Below are positions 61,059 to 64,000 of a stretch of 64,000 nucleotides of DNA, in pieces (the stretch's first letter is position 1; every line of letters begins with the position of its first letter). The DNA lies in the NCBI GenBank assembly GCA_012519025.1, contig JAAYQZ010000040.1, forward strand, positions 5,294 to 69,293, written 5' to 3'. Under the pieces are notes generated by a model. That model worked only from the letters and a program-made list of their open reading frames with translations, was not told the DNA's origin and searched no databases. The position numbers and the translations under genes are program-made. Origin of the DNA: Bacillota bacterium. Lineage in GTDB: Bacteria; Bacillota; Limnochordia; DTU087.

Positions 61059-63128
61059 TTAGATTGTAGTCATCAGTTCTTCGGCGATGCTGACGGGAAC
61101 ATTATCATAATGGCTGAATGTCATCACATAAGTGGCACGCCCTTGGGTCATGGAACGCAGATCAGTTGCATACCCAAACATTTCTCTAAGGGGCACCATA
61201 GCCTGTATCAACTGTGCCGGTCCCCGGGCTTCCATGCCTTCAACTTTACCGCGACGGGCATTCAGATTCCCCAACACATCACCGAGGAATTCCTCCGGTG
61301 TGACTACTTCCACCTTCATGATGGGCTCCAATAAAACCGGTTCAGCTTTTCTAATACCCTCTCTGACACCGAGAGAGCCGGCAATTTTAAACGCAATCTC
61401 CGAGGAGTCCACTTCATGGTAAGAACCATCTACAGCAGCTACCTTTACATCTACAACCGGGTAGCCTGCCAGGACACCGCTCATAACAGCTTCTTTTACT
61501 CCGGCTTCAACAGCAGGTATAAATTCCCGCGGGATTACGCCGCCGACTATCTTGCTTTCGAATTCAAAGCCGGAACCTCGTTCACCGGGCTCGATTTCCA
61601 AAACCACATGCCCATACTGGCCGCGGCCGCCGCTTTGGCGAACAAATCGGCCTTCTGAACGAACAGCTTTTGTGATGCTTTCTCTGTAAGCAACTTGAGG
61701 CTGACCAACATTAGCCTGGACGTTAAATTCCCGAAGCATGCGATCAACAATAACCTCTAGATGCAGTTCTCCCATTCCCGAGATAATAGTTTGGCCGGTT
61801 TCCTCATCGCTTCGCACCTGAAACGTGGGATCTTCCTCTGCCAATCTCTGCAGCCCAATGGTCAGTCGATCCTGATCAGCTTTGGTTTTGGGTTCAATTG
61901 CCCTGTCAATGACAGGCTCGGGAAATACTAGAGATTCCAGTACAACGGGCTCTTCCTCTGTGCAGAGAGTGTCACCGGTTACGGTATTCCTCAACCCGAC
62001 AGCAGCCGCTATTTCACCACTGTATACAACATCACGTTCTTCACGGTGGTTGGCATGCATCTGCAAAATGCGCCCCACACGTTCTCTTCTGCCCTTGGTA
62101 GAGTTGTATACATAAGAGCCAGCCTTTAAAGTACCTGAATACACCCTAAAAAACGCCAATTTCCCGACATACGGGTCTGTCATGATCTTAAAAGCCAAAG
62201 CACTAAATGGAGCATCATCAGTCAACTCCCTGGAAATCGGCTCTTCCGTTTCAAGGTGGGTTCCTGTAACCGGCGGCAAATCGCTGGGGGCGGGCAGATA
62301 CCGCACCACAGCATCCAGCAGTGGCTGAACTCCTTTGTTTTTAAAGGAGGAGCCGCACAATACAGGTACGATTTTAGCTGATACAGTGCCCTTCCGCAAG
62401 ATCGAATGTATCTCTTCGGTGGAAATCTCTTCACCCTCAAGATACTTCATCATAAAATCTTCGTCAATCTCCGCCAAGGCTTCGATTAATTCTTCTCTGG
62501 CAGCTTCAACCTCATCCATCATCTCAGATGGAATCTCAGTATTCTCTCCATGGGTCCCCAGATCATCGATATAGCGGATTGCTTCCAGCTCCACCAAATC
62601 CACCATACCGATGAACTGATCCTCCGCGCCGATGGGCAACTGGATGGGAAGTGCGCTTGCACCCAAACGCTCCCGCATCATTTTCACCACTAGGGCAAAA
62701 TTGGCTCCGGTCCGATCCATTTTATTTACATAAGCAATGCGCGGCACTTTATAACCGTCCGCCTGTCGCCACACGGTCTCCGACTGCGGCTCAACGCCCC
62801 CTACGGAGCAGAAAACAGATACCGCACCATCCAAAACTCGCAAAGACCGCTCTACCTCAACTGTGAAGTCCACGTGTCCAGGCGTATCAATAATATTAAT
62901 ACGATGTTCTTTCCAATGACACGTAGTAGCAGCTGAAGTAATAGTAATACCCCGCTCCCGTTCTTGGACCATCCAGTCCATGGTAGCGGCACCATCATGG
63001 ACCTCACCGATTTTATGGACACGACCTGTGTAAAACAAAATACGCTCTGTCGTTGTGGTCTTGCCCGCGTCAATGTGAGCCATTATTCCTATATTTCTTG
63101 TCTTGTCTATGGGATAATCCCGAGCCAC
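61059..63128 (-). CDS. fusA: Elongation factor G, GTG start
   Basis: G-domain motifs AHIDAGKTT and DTPGHVDF, plus domains II to V. A GGGAGG RBS sits 8 nt before the GTG giving [18 protein letters not shown]. Confidence 0.9.
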   Translation of the reverse strand: MARDYPIDKTRNIGIMAHIDAGKTTTTERILFYTGRVHKIGEVHDGAATMDWMVQERERGITITSAATTCHWKEHRINIIDTPGHVDFTVEVERSLRVLDGAVSVFCSVGGVEPQSETVWRQADGYKVPRIAYVNKMDRTGANFALVVKMMRERLGASALPIQLPIGAEDQFIGMVDLVELEAIRYIDDLGTHGENTEIPSEMMDEVEAAREELIEALAEIDEDFMMKYLEGEEISTEEIHSILRKGTVSAKIVPVLCGSSFKNKGVQPLLDAVVRYLPAPSDLPPVTGTHLETEEPISRELTDDAPFSALAFKIMTDPYVGKLAFFRVYSGTLKAGSYVYNSTKGRRERVGRILQMHANHREERDVVYSGEIAAAVGLRNTVTGDTLCTEEEPVVLESLVFPEPVIDRAIEPKTKADQDRLTIGLQRLAEEDPTFQVRSDEETGQTIISGMGELHLEVIVDRMLREFNVQANVGQPQVAYRESITKAVRSEGRFVRQSGGRGQYGHVVLEIEPGERGSGFEFESKIVGGVIPREFIPAVEAGVKEAVMSGVLAGYPVVDVKVAAVDGSYHEVDSSEIAFKIAGSLGVREGIRKAEPVLLEPIMKVEVVTPEEFLGDVLGNLNARRGKVEGMEARGPAQLIQAMVPLREMFGYATDLRSMTQGRATYVMTFSHYDNVPVSIAEELMTTI

Positions 63129-63211
63129 TCTATAAGCCTCCCAACCGGTTCGTACGGCAATCTTAGATCCCATCGTTCCATGGAGTTACCAGATTATCGT
63201 TAAAATAACAT

Positions 63212-63682
63212 TTACCAGCGATAATGTGCAAACGCCTTATTGGCTTCTGCCATTCGATGCAAATCTTCTTTTCTTCTGACGGCACCACCCGTATTGTTGG
63301 CGGCGTCCATCAGTTCGGCGGCCAATCTGTTGGCCATAGTTTTCTCTCCACGCTCCCTAGCAAACAGCACAAGCCATCTTAAAGCCAGGGAACGGCGCCG
63401 CTCAGGCCTTACTTCTACCGGCACCTGGTAGGTGGCACCTCCTACTCGGCGGGCCCTTACCTCCAGCACCGGCATGATGTTTTTGAGCGCCTCTTCCAAA
63501 ACTTCCATTGGGTCCTTGTCGGCCTTTGCTCTGACCTCATCAAGGGCACCATAGACAATTCGTTCAGCCACGCTCTTCTTGCCGTCCAACATGACTGTAT
63601 TAGTTAAGCGAGCTACCAATTCACTTTCATACATTGGGTCTGCTAGAATATCCCGCTTAGGCACGTAACCTCTTCTTGGCAT
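63212..63682 (-). CDS. rpsG: 30S ribosomal protein S7
   Basis: Similar to uS7. Confidence 0.95.
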   Translation of the reverse strand: MPRRGYVPKRDILADPMYESELVARLTNTVMLDGKKSVAERIVYGALDEVRAKADKDPMEVLEEALKNIMPVLEVRARRVGGATYQVPVEVRPERRRSLALRWLVLFARERGEKTMANRLAAELMDAANNTGGAVRRKEDLHRMAEANKAFAHYRW

Positions 63683-63734
63683 TAGTTCCCCCCCTTTGCC
63701 GTTGGGTAATGGTATGGATATAAATTCTCAAATT

Positions 63735-64000
63735 CTATGAAGGCCGCTTAGTTCCATACTTAGAGCGAGCCTGTCTGCGATCTTCTACCCCGGCCGCGTC
63801 CAAAGTCCCTCTGATGACGTGGTATCTAACACCGGGCAAGTCCTTAATCTTGCCGCCACGGATCAATACCACCGAGTGCTCTTGGAGGTTGTGACCTTCA
63901 CCAGGTATATAAGATGTGACCTCTATGCCGTTTGTGAGGCGCACACGTGCAACCTTCCGCAAGGCTGAGTTGGGTTTTTTTGGTGTATGAGTGTACACTC
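63735..64000 (-). CDS. rpsL: 30S ribosomal protein S12. It is partial: the 5' end lies beyond the window edge.
   Basis: The C-terminal part of uS12 (...[25 protein letters not shown]...). Confidence 0.9.
   Translation of the reverse strand, partial: VYTHTPKKPNSALRKVARVRLTNGIEVTSYIPGEGHNLQEHSVVLIRGGKIKDLPGVRYHVIRGTLDAAGVEDRRQARSKYGTKRPS

Noticed and set aside
1-64000. Scan for CRISPR arrays, IS elements or transposases, integrases, toxin-antitoxin pairs and restriction-modification genes
   Set aside because: No repeat-spacer periodicity, terminal inverted repeats, or transposase, integrase or methylase-like ORFs were recognised by eye. This was a read-through of the sequence and not a computed scan.

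Overview
This window is from a roughly 50% GC Firmicutes (Clostridia-type) chromosome. Positions 1-40,000 carry metabolic, regulatory and DNA-repair genes. Positions 40,000-64,000 hold the conserved ribosomal-protein super-operon (str, S10, spc, alpha, rplM-rpsI) on the minus strand. Recognised features in the left part include: a THF riboswitch with folT; crp, pfkB and xylB; a PilZ brake protein; a comFA-like helicase and recD2; a GerE-like regulator and a DUF192 protein; degS and degU; mtnP; a SAM-I riboswitch with metNIQ; a cytoplasmic BNR sialidase-like protein with nanA; a CBS/ACT protein; an MFS transporter; tex; lepB; a patatin-like phospholipase; a catalytically dead Y-family polymerase (ImuB-like) behind a sigma-A promoter and Cheo-type LexA box, followed by an 80-aa ORF; convergent trpS; a PHP-domain DnaE (candidate DnaE2/ImuC); a URO-D family protein; a 1-Cys peroxiredoxin; creatininase; PBP1A; lplA, lpdA and eda. 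The most interesting observations are an SOS-type imuB / small-ORF / dnaE arrangement split by trpS, a Cys4 insertion in EF-Tu, an unassigned 88-nt structured element immediately upstream of lepB, an rpmJ gene that has only a non-canonical ATA start, and a signal-less BNR sialidase paired with NanA directly upstream of the S-box leader. No CRISPR array, transposase/IS element or long repeat was recognised by eye.
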